Assembly (NCBI GenBank): GCA_035288565.1 | Contig: DATDZZ010000052.1 | Span: forward strand, 1 to 57,616 | Reading direction: 5' to 3' | DNA from: an archaeon | GTDB lineage: Archaea; Iainarchaeota; Iainarchaeia; Iainarchaeales; DATDZZ01 | DNA length: 57,616 nt | Shown: in pieces, positions 34,869 through 42,812 of the stretch | Layout of the letters: each line of letters begins with the position of its first letter | Numbering within the stretch: position 1 is the first letter of the stretch | Notes under the pieces: model-generated | Database searches by the model: none | What the model was told of the DNA's origin: nothing | The model's input: only the letters and a program-made list of their open reading frames with translations | Made by a program: the position numbers and the translations under genes

Positions 34869-35084
34869 AAACTTTTAAGAAAAGTTTGATCAAAACGCAC
34901 CACTTTCAGTGCTGCAAACTTTTAAGAAAAGTTTGATCAAAAATCAGAACCTTTGGTTCCGATACCTTCCTTTCAACCTTTAAAAAAGGTTGGCGAAAAT
35001 ACATCACCTTTGTGCAACTTAATCTATTTCAGCCACGTATTGACTGAAAGGAAATACGTGTCTTCAGACCGTCCGGCTGGACGG
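34865..35084 (-). repeat. hairpin-rich spacer between tRNA-Ser and tRNA-Leu, with a 31-nt direct repeat (34865-34895, 34912-34942) and about seven stem-loops
   Basis: ctgcaaacttttaagaaaagtttgatcaaaa occurs twice (47-nt period). Hairpins: caaactttt/aaaagtttg (twice), gaacc/ggttc, caaccttt/aaaggttg + gcgaaaat, cacgtatt/aatacgtg, ccgtcc/ggacgg. Confidence 0.75.
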
Positions 35085-35085
35085 A

Positions 35086-35168
35086 CGCAGGGAGAGGGAT
35101 TCGAACCCTCGTAGCCCGAAAGCTCCAGCTTAGCAGGCTGGCCCGTTTGACCACTCCGGCATCCCTGC
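35086..35168 (-). tRNA. tRNA-Ser (anticodon GCT)
   Basis: Acceptor GCAGGGA/TCCCTGC, anticodon stem CCAGC/GCTGG, loop CTGCTAA, long variable arm, T arm GAGGG-TTCGAAT-CCCTC, discriminator G. Confidence 0.9.
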
Positions 35169-35221
35169 ATTAATTAATTGCTAAGTATTTAGGAGAACTT
35201 TAACTTTAAAAAACAAATTGA

Positions 35222-35385
35222 ATCCGCCGTCCCGCCGGCAAGGCGGAAGCACAGCCTTTGCGTGCTGCAGATTGCCAGCGAATTTATTCATTGAAGTGGT
35301 GTCGAGCCTGAAAGGCGAAGACAGCACGGATTGCCAGCGAATCTGTTCGCTGCGCCGGATCTCTCCGGCGAAGGAAAGCTTTTTT
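35222..35385 (+). ncRNA. GC-rich structured RNA candidate (independent sRNA or a long 5' leader of the 35409 gene); class unknown
   Basis: About 58% G+C by hand count over 35221-35380, in a genome of roughly 30%. Contains a 14-nt direct repeat, several GC stems and a terminal T6. An A/T-rich TATA-like stretch lies upstream. The ORFs on both strands here look like GC artefacts. Confidence 0.45.
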
Positions 35386-35408
35386 AATTTCAAGCTGGTT
35401 TAAGGTGT

Positions 35409-35933
35409 ATGGCAGAAGAATTAAGGCATGTTCATGAAGAGGAGCCTGAAACTAAGGAGCAGGTTGCTGAGGAGCTTGTAATTGAATTAAAAAAAGACTT
35501 TGAAGAAGAAATGAAGTCAATTGATATTAGGTTGAAGGATTTGGCTTTAATTCTTTTGGGTTCTATTTTGGGTTTTTCAGGTAATTCATTGCTTGGCTTG
35601 TTTGATTATTTTTTTCCAGAATTTTATGGAACAGCTATTTTAGTTCTTTTGTTTTTCTCTATTTCGGCAGCCATAATGATTATTTACTCTTTTTACTTTT
35701 ATCAAGGCAAGAAGAAAAAGGTTGCAGAGATGTTTGAGAACATTCAAAAGATTGAAAGAAAGCTAAAAGAGGAAGGGGAAACAGTTGAAGAGATGTCAAA
35801 AAAAATCCCAGATCCAGAGTTCAGTGCTTTAAAGAAAGTGGAAGAAGAAGTGAAATTTGCAAAAGAAAAAGCAATTGAAGCAGAAGCAAAAAAAGTAAAA
35901 GAAGAAATGAAAAAAACAATAAATAAAAAATAA
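35409..35933 (+). CDS. hypothetical membrane protein (2 TM) with charged coiled-coil flanks
   Basis: ATG preceded by AAGGTG. No family recognised. Confidence 0.5.
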   Translation: MAEELRHVHEEEPETKEQVAEELVIELKKDFEEEMKSIDIRLKDLALILLGSILGFSGNSLLGLFDYFFPEFYGTAILVLLFFSISAAIMIIYSFYFYQGKKKKVAEMFENIQKIERKLKEEGETVEEMSKKIPDPEFSALKKVEEEVKFAKEKAIEAEAKKVKEEMKKTINKK

Positions 35934-36037
35934 ACAAGATAATTCAGTTAATAGTCGAATTCTTATTCGTCGATTATCAAAATGTTTTTATATGGGTTGA
36001 GTTAATCTATGTCAGGTCCTTGAACTGAGGTGAAACT

Positions 36038-36946
36038 TTGAATGATTTGCTTAACTTTGTTGGGAGAACACCTTCCATAATGGTTGACAATGTATTTGTT
36101 AAACTTGAATACTTTAATCCAAGCGGCTCTACAAAAGACAGGATTGCAAAAAAAATTTTATTGGATGCAATTGAATCAGGAAAATTGAAGCAGGGAATGG
36201 AGGTAATTGAAGCTACTTCAGGAAACAGCGGAATTGCTTTTTCAATGGTTTGCGCTTTGCTTGGCTTTAAAATGAATGTAATAATGCCTGAAGGGCTAAG
36301 CAATGAAAGAACTGAATACATTAAGGCTTACGGAGCAAACATTATTTTAACTCCAAAAAAGGACAGTGTTTTCGGCGCAGTGAAAAAAGAAATGGAGCTC
36401 GCAAAAAACCCTAAATATTTTTCTGTTTCGCAGTTTGATTCAGATTTAAATCCTGAAGCTTTTTATGAAACTCTTGGCCAGGAAATAATTAATGAATATG
36501 GAAAAAGAATTGATGCTTTTGTTGCAGGAGTTGGAACCGGAGGAACTATTGCAGGAGTGGGAAAAGCAATTAAAGAAAAATTTCCTAAAGCAAAAATTTT
36601 TGCGGTTGAACCAATTGAAAGCCCTGTATTGATTGGGGGAAAGCATTCAGAGCATAAAATTGAAGGCATAGGAGATGGTTTCATTCCAGGAATTTACAAA
36701 AAGTATGAGGATTTATTTGACGGAGTAATTCAGATTTCTTCTGAAGAAGCAATTGAAGAGACTGTGAAGCTTGCAAGGAAAGGAATTCTTGCAGGAATTT
36801 CAAGCGGAGCAAATTTATTGGCTGCAAAGAAACTGAAAAAGCAGTTCAGGAACGTTGCCACAATCTTTCCAGACGGAGGGCAGAGATACTTTTCAATGAA
36901 CATTTACAGGGAAAAGCATTCAATTCCAGTGACTGCCAGAAAATGA
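36038..36946 (+). CDS. cysK: cysteine synthase (O-acetylserine sulfhydrylase family)
   Basis: NPSGSTKDR (PLP Lys), TSGNSG, GVGTGGTI motifs. TTG start. Confidence 0.9.
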   Translation: MNDLLNFVGRTPSIMVDNVFVKLEYFNPSGSTKDRIAKKILLDAIESGKLKQGMEVIEATSGNSGIAFSMVCALLGFKMNVIMPEGLSNERTEYIKAYGANIILTPKKDSVFGAVKKEMELAKNPKYFSVSQFDSDLNPEAFYETLGQEIINEYGKRIDAFVAGVGTGGTIAGVGKAIKEKFPKAKIFAVEPIESPVLIGGKHSEHKIEGIGDGFIPGIYKKYEDLFDGVIQISSEEAIEETVKLARKGILAGISSGANLLAAKKLKKQFRNVATIFPDGGQRYFSMNIYREKHSIPVTARK

Positions 36947-37020
36947 TTTTTCTTTTCTTATTCTTCTTTTATTCTTCTAATTTTTTTATTTCCCGCTTAA
37001 TGAAGTTAGATTTTTAAATC

Positions 37021-37245
37021 ATGAATGCGTATTATATAATTCTTCCAAGAAGTGAAATAATGAGATTCGCGAAAGTAATCTTAGACCAGAATGAAAAAAA
37101 ATTCGAGCAAAAAGTCTCAGATGAAATAAAGGTAATGCAGGAAGTGGGTTTAATGCTTTCCGACTTCAAATACACAACCTATTTCTGCGAAGACAATCAG
37201 GGAGAAATGATCTGCGGAATACTTTTATTTGTTCAAAGGCATTGA
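37021..37245 (+). CDS. hypothetical small protein
   Basis: 74-aa ORF (an internal Met would give about 61 aa). No confident family. Confidence 0.3.
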   Translation: MNAYYIILPRSEIMRFAKVILDQNEKKFEQKVSDEIKVMQEVGLMLSDFKYTTYFCEDNQGEMICGILLFVQRH

Positions 37246-37248
37246 AAT

Positions 37249-37737
37249 TCATTTATTTTCTCTTTTTCTTCTGTTAAGCAGAACTTTATTTGAAGGATCT
37301 TCAAAAAAGGAAGGAGTTTGGGAAATGATGTAGTTGTTTTTTTTCCCGTCATAAGTAACTGAATACCCAAGCATTGCTAAACTTGAATATAATGAACCTT
37401 CATTTTTTCCTTCTTCTAATAAAATTCTTTTAATAATATTTCCAGAAAAACCCAATTCATTTAAAGCAATAATTTTTTCGCTGATATTTAATCCATTCCA
37501 ATTAAGTTTTCCTAATCGCAGAAAAAATTCGCCTTGATCAAATTTCTTGATTTCTGGATTTCTTTTCAAGTCAATGCGGGCAAGGTATGCTTCAATTGAA
37601 GCTTCAGGCTTTTCTTTTTTCACTTCTCTTATTTCTGGTTCAAGGGCTTCTTCTTTAGGAATGCTTAAGTCAGCCAATCGCTTGCTTCTTTCTTTTGGCC
37701 TTTGTCTTCTGCCCCTCATAGAATTAAGATATTTCAA
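37249..37737 (-). CDS. hypothetical protein with a basic N-terminus (MRGRRQRPKERSKR)
   Basis: 162-aa ORF. No family recognised. Confidence 0.45.
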   Translation of the reverse strand: MKYLNSMRGRRQRPKERSKRLADLSIPKEEALEPEIREVKKEKPEASIEAYLARIDLKRNPEIKKFDQGEFFLRLGKLNWNGLNISEKIIALNELGFSGNIIKRILLEEGKNEGSLYSSLAMLGYSVTYDGKKNNYIISQTPSFFEDPSNKVLLNRRKRENK

Positions 37738-37772
37738 CTAATATTAATAACTTTTCTAAACAAATCAATAAT

Positions 37773-38117
37773 ATGGAAAAAGATTTTGATTTAGCTTCAA
37801 AAGAAGCATTAAATTTGTTGAAGAAAAAAAATGCAAGGGTAGTTGATGTAAGGGAACCAGATGAATTTATTTATGGGCATTTAAATGAAAGCGAATCAAT
37901 TCCTTTATCTGAATTAAATCCAGAAAATGCCGAAAAAAGGTTTCAAAAGAATGAAAAAATTTTATTTGTCTGCAGGTCAGGAAACAGGTCCAGGAATTTA
38001 GCAGTTTTTTTAAGAGAAAAAGGATTTGAAAATGTCTTCAACCTTGGAGGCGGATTAATTGCATTAAATTCTTTACTGGAAAAAAAAGTCAAAGTTCTGG
38101 GTTCAGTTTATGAATAA
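37773..38117 (+). CDS. rhodanese-domain sulfurtransferase
   Basis: Active-site loop CRSGNRS. Single rhodanese domain of about 110 aa. Confidence 0.85.
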   Translation: MEKDFDLASKEALNLLKKKNARVVDVREPDEFIYGHLNESESIPLSELNPENAEKRFQKNEKILFVCRSGNRSRNLAVFLREKGFENVFNLGGGLIALNSLLEKKVKVLGSVYE

Positions 38118-38694
38118 AAAAGAATTATTGGAAGAATTGAAAGAAAAAATTTTGAAAGAGCAATTGCCTTTAAGGGAATCCGCTAAAAATCTGGTTTTCG
38201 GAAAAGGAAGTGAGGAAGCAAAAATTTTTTTCATTGGAGAGGCTCCTGGAGAGAATGAAGATCTTCAGGGAAAGCCTTTTGTAGGGCAAGCAGGAAAAGA
38301 ATTAGATAAATTGCTTCATTCAATTAACCTTTCATTGGAACTGGTTTACATTGCAAATATTTTAAAGTACAGGCCTCCGAATAACAGGAATCCGAATAAG
38401 AAAGAAATTGAATCCCACACCCCTTTCTTAATTGAGCAGATTAAAATAATCCAGCCAAAGGTAATTATTACTCTGGGAAATTATGCAACAAAATTTGTGT
38501 TAAATAACTTTAATGCAGAAGGGATGAACAAAGTGCTGGGAATAGCTCAATTGCATGGCCAGTTTAAAGAAATTCAATTGGATTCAATGCATTTCAAAGT
38601 AATGCCTTCCTTTCATCCTGCGGCAATCCTTTACAATCCAAATTTAAGAAAGGAAATTGAAAAAGATTTTCAGAAAATCAAGGAATTAATTTAA
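38110..38694 (+). CDS. udg: uracil-DNA glycosylase, family 4
   Basis: GEAPGENED, GKPFVGQAGKELD, HPAAILY motifs. Overlaps the rhodanese gene by 8 nt. Confidence 0.9.
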   Translation: MNKKELLEELKEKILKEQLPLRESAKNLVFGKGSEEAKIFFIGEAPGENEDLQGKPFVGQAGKELDKLLHSINLSLELVYIANILKYRPPNNRNPNKKEIESHTPFLIEQIKIIQPKVIITLGNYATKFVLNNFNAEGMNKVLGIAQLHGQFKEIQLDSMHFKVMPSFHPAAILYNPNLRKEIEKDFQKIKELI

Positions 38695-38750
38695 TTGAAT
38701 TAATTAATTCATTTATTTAAAAATTAATTTTCAAAATTTGTTTACTGTTT

Positions 38751-40052
38751 TTAATTTTCAATTATTTGAAATGGGCTTTTTTGAATTAAGTCTTCTGAAG
38801 CAGGCAGAATCAAATAAACTTTATCATTTGCCCTGACTGTTTTCAAAACTTTTAATGCTGCTCTTTTTCCTTTTTCAATTCTTGAAACAAAATTGTTGCT
38901 GACCTGAATTTCTTCAACTTTTTGCCTGAAATAGCCTGTTGTGTTTCCAATAAATGCAATAACTGAATTTACTTCCAGGCCGCGTGTTTCAAAAAGAATT
39001 TCAGCAGCATTAACTTTCTGATAATAATTCAATACTTTTCCTAAATAAATTTTCCTTTCAGTTGCCTTGCTTCCATAAGTTTTGCTCCAGAAATCCAAAG
39101 GCCTTCCCATGTAATAGCCTTCAGTGAATCCCCTGTTGAAAACTTTTTCAAGCCTTGAATAAAGCTCTCTTCTTTTTTCGAGAGTGTAATTGTTTTGCTT
39201 GATTAAATCCAGCGCTTCCCTGTAAGCACTAACAACTTCAAAAACATAATCAGCAGTTCTGCCTCTCCCCTCAATTTTTAATACCTTAATTCCTGCTCCA
39301 ATTAACTGGTCTAAAAAATCAATTGTGCATAAGTCATTAGGGCTTAAAATAAATTCATTATCTATTTTCAATTGCTTCCCTTCATCATCAGTTATAGTGT
39401 AAGGCCTTCGGCAGTTCTGAAGACACACCCCCTTATTTGCGCTTTTATTTGAAGTGAATTCACTCATCTGGCATCTTCCGGAAACTGCAATGCATAAAGC
39501 TCCATGGGCAAAGCACTCAATCTCAATTAAATTTCCTGAAACCCCTAAAATTTTTTCTTTTTCAATTCTTTCAATAATTTTTTGCACTTGCCCTAAATTG
39601 AGTTCTCTCGCCAAAACAATTCTGTCAGAAAACTGAGAAAAAAATTTAACTGAATCAAAATTGCTGATGCTTTTTTGCGTTGAAATATGCACGCTCAACC
39701 CAAGTTCTCTGGCTTTCAAAATAACTGAAAAATCTGAAGCAATTACAGCATCAGCACCGGCATCCTTTATCTGCTTTAAAAGATTTTCCAGCAGCTTTGA
39801 TTCAGAATCATAAACAATTGAATTCAATGCAACATAGCATTTTACATTATTTTCATGGCAGAGCTTTACTGCTTTTGGAAGCTCTTTAACTGAAAAATTT
39901 TTAGCGCTTGCAGTTCTCATGTTAAGAAAAGGAATCCCTAAATAAACTGCATCAGCCTTTGCATCAATCGCTGCATGCAATGAACTGAAGTCCCCTGCAG
40001 GAGCAAGCAATTCAATTGAATCAATCAATCCGCTTAATTCTTTTAACTGCAT
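38751..40052 (-). CDS. peptidase U32 family protein
   Basis: TIM-barrel-like N-terminal part with E.F.HGALC...SGRC and a Cys-rich CLQNCRRPY, typical of U32. Confidence 0.85.
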   Translation of the reverse strand: MQLKELSGLIDSIELLAPAGDFSSLHAAIDAKADAVYLGIPFLNMRTASAKNFSVKELPKAVKLCHENNVKCYVALNSIVYDSESKLLENLLKQIKDAGADAVIASDFSVILKARELGLSVHISTQKSISNFDSVKFFSQFSDRIVLARELNLGQVQKIIERIEKEKILGVSGNLIEIECFAHGALCIAVSGRCQMSEFTSNKSANKGVCLQNCRRPYTITDDEGKQLKIDNEFILSPNDLCTIDFLDQLIGAGIKVLKIEGRGRTADYVFEVVSAYREALDLIKQNNYTLEKRRELYSRLEKVFNRGFTEGYYMGRPLDFWSKTYGSKATERKIYLGKVLNYYQKVNAAEILFETRGLEVNSVIAFIGNTTGYFRQKVEEIQVSNNFVSRIEKGKRAALKVLKTVRANDKVYLILPASEDLIQKSPFQIIEN

Positions 40053-40135
40053 AATTAAATTGCAATCTAAACAAATAAAAACCTTTAATTACGGATATAA
40101 TTGAAAATTGAAAGATTAATTTCATTGATTATGCA

Positions 40136-41314
40136 GTGAATGATTTTATGAATGGTTTAAGCAAAAAAGCAATTCAATTGAATGAAAACAGTTCAATAAT
40201 TCGGTTCATGTTCAGCAAAGCAAATGAATTAAAAAAGAAGTCAAAAGATGTTTCAGATTTGTCTTTAGGCAATCCTGTTTCAGAGCCCCCGAAAGAATTC
40301 ATTAAAGGAATTGAAAAAGCTTTGAAAGAAAAAGGAATTCACAGATACATGGATTCTCAGGGCTTTCTTTCCGCAAGAAAAAAAATTTCGCAATGGATCA
40401 ATAAAAAAAATTGGTTCAAGTGCACGCCGGAAAACATTTTAATGACTGCAGGAGCAGCAACAGGAATTGTTTCAGCACTTTTTTCTTTAATAGAGAAAAA
40501 CGAAGAAGTAATTGTTTTCAAGCCATATTTTGTTGATTATTTGAATTTTATTAAAGTAGTGGAAGGCAAAGCAAAATTAGTTGATTTGAATGAAGATTTT
40601 TCAATTGATTTCAATAAATTAGAGAAAGCCTTTTCAAAGAAAATAAAAGCAGTTATTTTTAATTCTCCAAACAATCCAACAGGAAAAATTTATTCAAAAA
40701 AAGAACTGCAGGAGTTAAGTTTATTTTTGAATAAAATGCAGAAAAAATTCAGGAAAAATTTTTTTGTTTTAAGCGATGAACTTTACATGGATATAAATTT
40801 TTCAAACAAAAAAGTTCATTCAATTGCGGAATTCTATTCAAATACAGCTGTAATTTATTCCTGGAGCAAGATTTACAGCATTCCGGGGGAAAGAATCGGC
40901 TTTGTTGCCGTGCCAAGAAATTTTTCAATTCAAAAATTTATTCAAGGAATTGTCTCAATACAAAGATCTTTAGGAGTAATTAATGCAAATGCATTAATGC
41001 AGAAAGCGATTGAATACAGCTTGAATGCAAAAACAGGAAAAACAATTAATTTGTATAAAAAATTCAGGAACAAGCTGATTAAAGCTTTGCAGAAAGCAGG
41101 ATTTGAAGTATTCATTCCTGAAGGAACTTTTTATTTAACTGCAAAGATCCCGAAAAAATTCAAGTCAGAGCAGCAGTTCATTAAAAAAGCCTTGAAGCAG
41201 AAACTTGTTGTCGCTCCAGGTTCTTTTTTTGGATTAAAAAACTGGATCAGAATTGCTTTTTGCTTGAATGAAAAACAAATTAATTCTGCTGTAAAAAAAA
41301 TTGAAAATCTTTAG
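40136..41314 (+). CDS. class I/II PLP aminotransferase (probable aromatic/aspartate aminotransferase)
   Basis: NSPNNPTG, YSWSKIYSIPGERIGF (PLP Lys). Sits directly upstream of the shikimate operon. GTG at 40136 or ATG at 40148. Confidence 0.85.
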   Translation: MNDFMNGLSKKAIQLNENSSIIRFMFSKANELKKKSKDVSDLSLGNPVSEPPKEFIKGIEKALKEKGIHRYMDSQGFLSARKKISQWINKKNWFKCTPENILMTAGAATGIVSALFSLIEKNEEVIVFKPYFVDYLNFIKVVEGKAKLVDLNEDFSIDFNKLEKAFSKKIKAVIFNSPNNPTGKIYSKKELQELSLFLNKMQKKFRKNFFVLSDELYMDINFSNKKVHSIAEFYSNTAVIYSWSKIYSIPGERIGFVAVPRNFSIQKFIQGIVSIQRSLGVINANALMQKAIEYSLNAKTGKTINLYKKFRNKLIKALQKAGFEVFIPEGTFYLTAKIPKKFKSEQQFIKKALKQKLVVAPGSFFGLKNWIRIAFCLNEKQINSAVKKIENL

Positions 41315-41325
41315 TTGCCGATAAG

Positions 41326-41333
41326 TATTTAAA
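41326..41333 (+). promoter_or_regulatory. candidate TATA box ahead of the mini-ORF and shikimate operon
   Basis: TATTTAAA ends 30 nt before the ATG at 41363. Confidence 0.3.
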
Positions 41334-41362
41334 CAATTCAATCCATAATTTTTTTGATTTAA

Positions 41363-41443
41363 ATGGACTCAAAAGTTTCAATTAAAGCAACTGATTTGTT
41401 TTCTGTTAGTCCATGCTATGCTTTTCAATATTACTATCTTTAA
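41363..41443 (+). other. 26-codon upstream mini-ORF rich in aromatic codons (MDSKVSIKATDLFSVSPCYAFQYYYL)
   Basis: Translated by hand. Six of the last 14 codons are Phe or Tyr, including YYY. Followed by T6, T5 and T8 tracts (41460-41489), then GGAGTG and the chorismate mutase ATG. Confidence 0.25.
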
Positions 41444-41510
41444 GCAATGCAGCAATATATTTTTTGTTGTTTTTGCCTGAATTTTTTTTAAAAGCTTATG
41501 GAGTGAAAAA

Positions 41511-41798
41511 ATGAATTTAAAAGATGAGAGAAAAAAAATAAATGAAATTGACAGAAAAATTTTATTTTTGCTTAACCAAAGAATTAATGTTTCCAAAGCA
41601 ATAGCCAAAATAAAGCTGGAAAAAGGTTTGCCTGTTTTCCTGCCGGAAATTGAATCGAAAAAAATCAATGCTTTGAAAAAAGAGAATAAAAAAATTAATT
41701 CCGGCTTTTCAGAAAAAACACTTGAAGCAATTTTTAAAGAAATTTTTTCTGCAGGCAAAAAAATTCAAAAGAATTTAATTAAGGGGGAAGAAAAATGA
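41511..41798 (+). CDS. chorismate mutase (AroQ type)
   Basis: R..I..ID..I..LL..R...S..I...K pattern. 95 aa. Confidence 0.88.
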   Translation: MNLKDERKKINEIDRKILFLLNQRINVSKAIAKIKLEKGLPVFLPEIESKKINALKKENKKINSGFSEKTLEAIFKEIFSAGKKIQKNLIKGEEK

Positions 41799-42808
41799 TT
41801 GTAGTGTTAAAGCCTTCAATAACCAAAGAACAGTTAAATCATTTAATTAAATCAATTGAAGATTTGGGTTTCAAAACCCATTACAACAAAGGACAGGAAA
41901 GGTCCATTGTAGGAATCATTGGAGATGAAAGAAACCTTTCAAAGAACAAGCTGGAGGCCTTTGAAGGAGTGGAAAAAGTTTTAACTGTGCTAAAGCCATA
42001 CAAACTGGCTTCAAGAGAATTCCATCCTCAAGATACTGTAATTGAAGTTGACGGAGTAAAGCTCGGAGGAAAAGAAGTTATTGCTCTTGCCGGGCCCTGC
42101 TCTGTTGAATCAGAAGAGCAATTAATGACTATCGCTGAATCAGTTAAAAAAAGCGGTGCAAAAATTCTCAGAGGATCTGTTTACAAGCCAAGAACTTCTC
42201 CTTATGATTTTCAGGGTTTAGGCGATGAAGGGTTGAAATTACTTGCCAAAGCAAAAGAAGAAACAGGGTTGGTTGTTGAAACAGAAGTAATGGATCCAAG
42301 AAAAGTTGAAATAGTTGCCGAGCATGTTGATATTCTCAGAGTAGGGGCAAGAAATTTCCAGAATTATGATTTGCTTAAAGAACTGGGAAAAATAAACAAG
42401 CCAGTAATTTTAAAGAGAGGAATTTCCGGCTACATTAATGAATGGCTTTTGGCTGCAGAATACATTATGAATGAAGGCAATCAACAAGTTATTTTGTGTG
42501 AAAGGGGGATAAGAACTTTTGAAATTGAAACAAGAAATACACTGGATTTGAATGCTGTTCCATTCATTAAAGGAACTTCTCACCTGCCGGTAATTGTTGA
42601 CCCTTCACATGGAACAGGAAAAAGAGAATTAGTTATTCCTATGAGCAAGGCAGCTATTGCAGCTGGAGCAGACGGATTAATTGTTGAAGTGCACAATAAA
42701 CCGGAAGAAGCTTTAAGCGACGGAAAGCAGTCCCTTACATTAAATTTGTTTGAGCAGTTAATGAATGAATGCAGGCCAGTAGCAAAAGCAATTAACAGAA
42801 AAATGTGA
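41795..42808 (+). CDS. aroG: 3-deoxy-7-phosphoheptulonate (DAHP) synthase, type I-beta, with an N-terminal ferredoxin-like regulatory domain
   Basis: Very close by eye to the Thermotoga maritima enzyme as I recall it (MIVVLKP..., [37 protein letters not shown]). Confidence 0.9.
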   Translation: MIVVLKPSITKEQLNHLIKSIEDLGFKTHYNKGQERSIVGIIGDERNLSKNKLEAFEGVEKVLTVLKPYKLASREFHPQDTVIEVDGVKLGGKEVIALAGPCSVESEEQLMTIAESVKKSGAKILRGSVYKPRTSPYDFQGLGDEGLKLLAKAKEETGLVVETEVMDPRKVEIVAEHVDILRVGARNFQNYDLLKELGKINKPVILKRGISGYINEWLLAAEYIMNEGNQQVILCERGIRTFEIETRNTLDLNAVPFIKGTSHLPVIVDPSHGTGKRELVIPMSKAAIAAGADGLIVEVHNKPEEALSDGKQSLTLNLFEQLMNECRPVAKAINRKM

Positions 42809-42812
42809 ATAA

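Noticed and set aside
35222-35385. Confident naming of the GC-rich element as SRP RNA, RNase P RNA or a TPP riboswitch
   Set aside because: It is too short for a canonical archaeal 7S RNA (about 300 nt). I see no GGAAAGUCC-type RNase P core and no CUGAGA/ACCUGAUC TPP core. Only partial resemblances exist, so the class is left open pending a covariance-model search.
35181-35403. ORFs 35181..35393 (-) and 35218..35403 (+) as protein genes
   Set aside because: They overlap each other on opposite strands exactly over the GC-rich island. They have Arg/Ala/Cys/Pro-rich compositions unlike every other protein here, and they lack SD motifs. Open frames are expected by chance in GC-rich sequence, which is stop-codon-poor.
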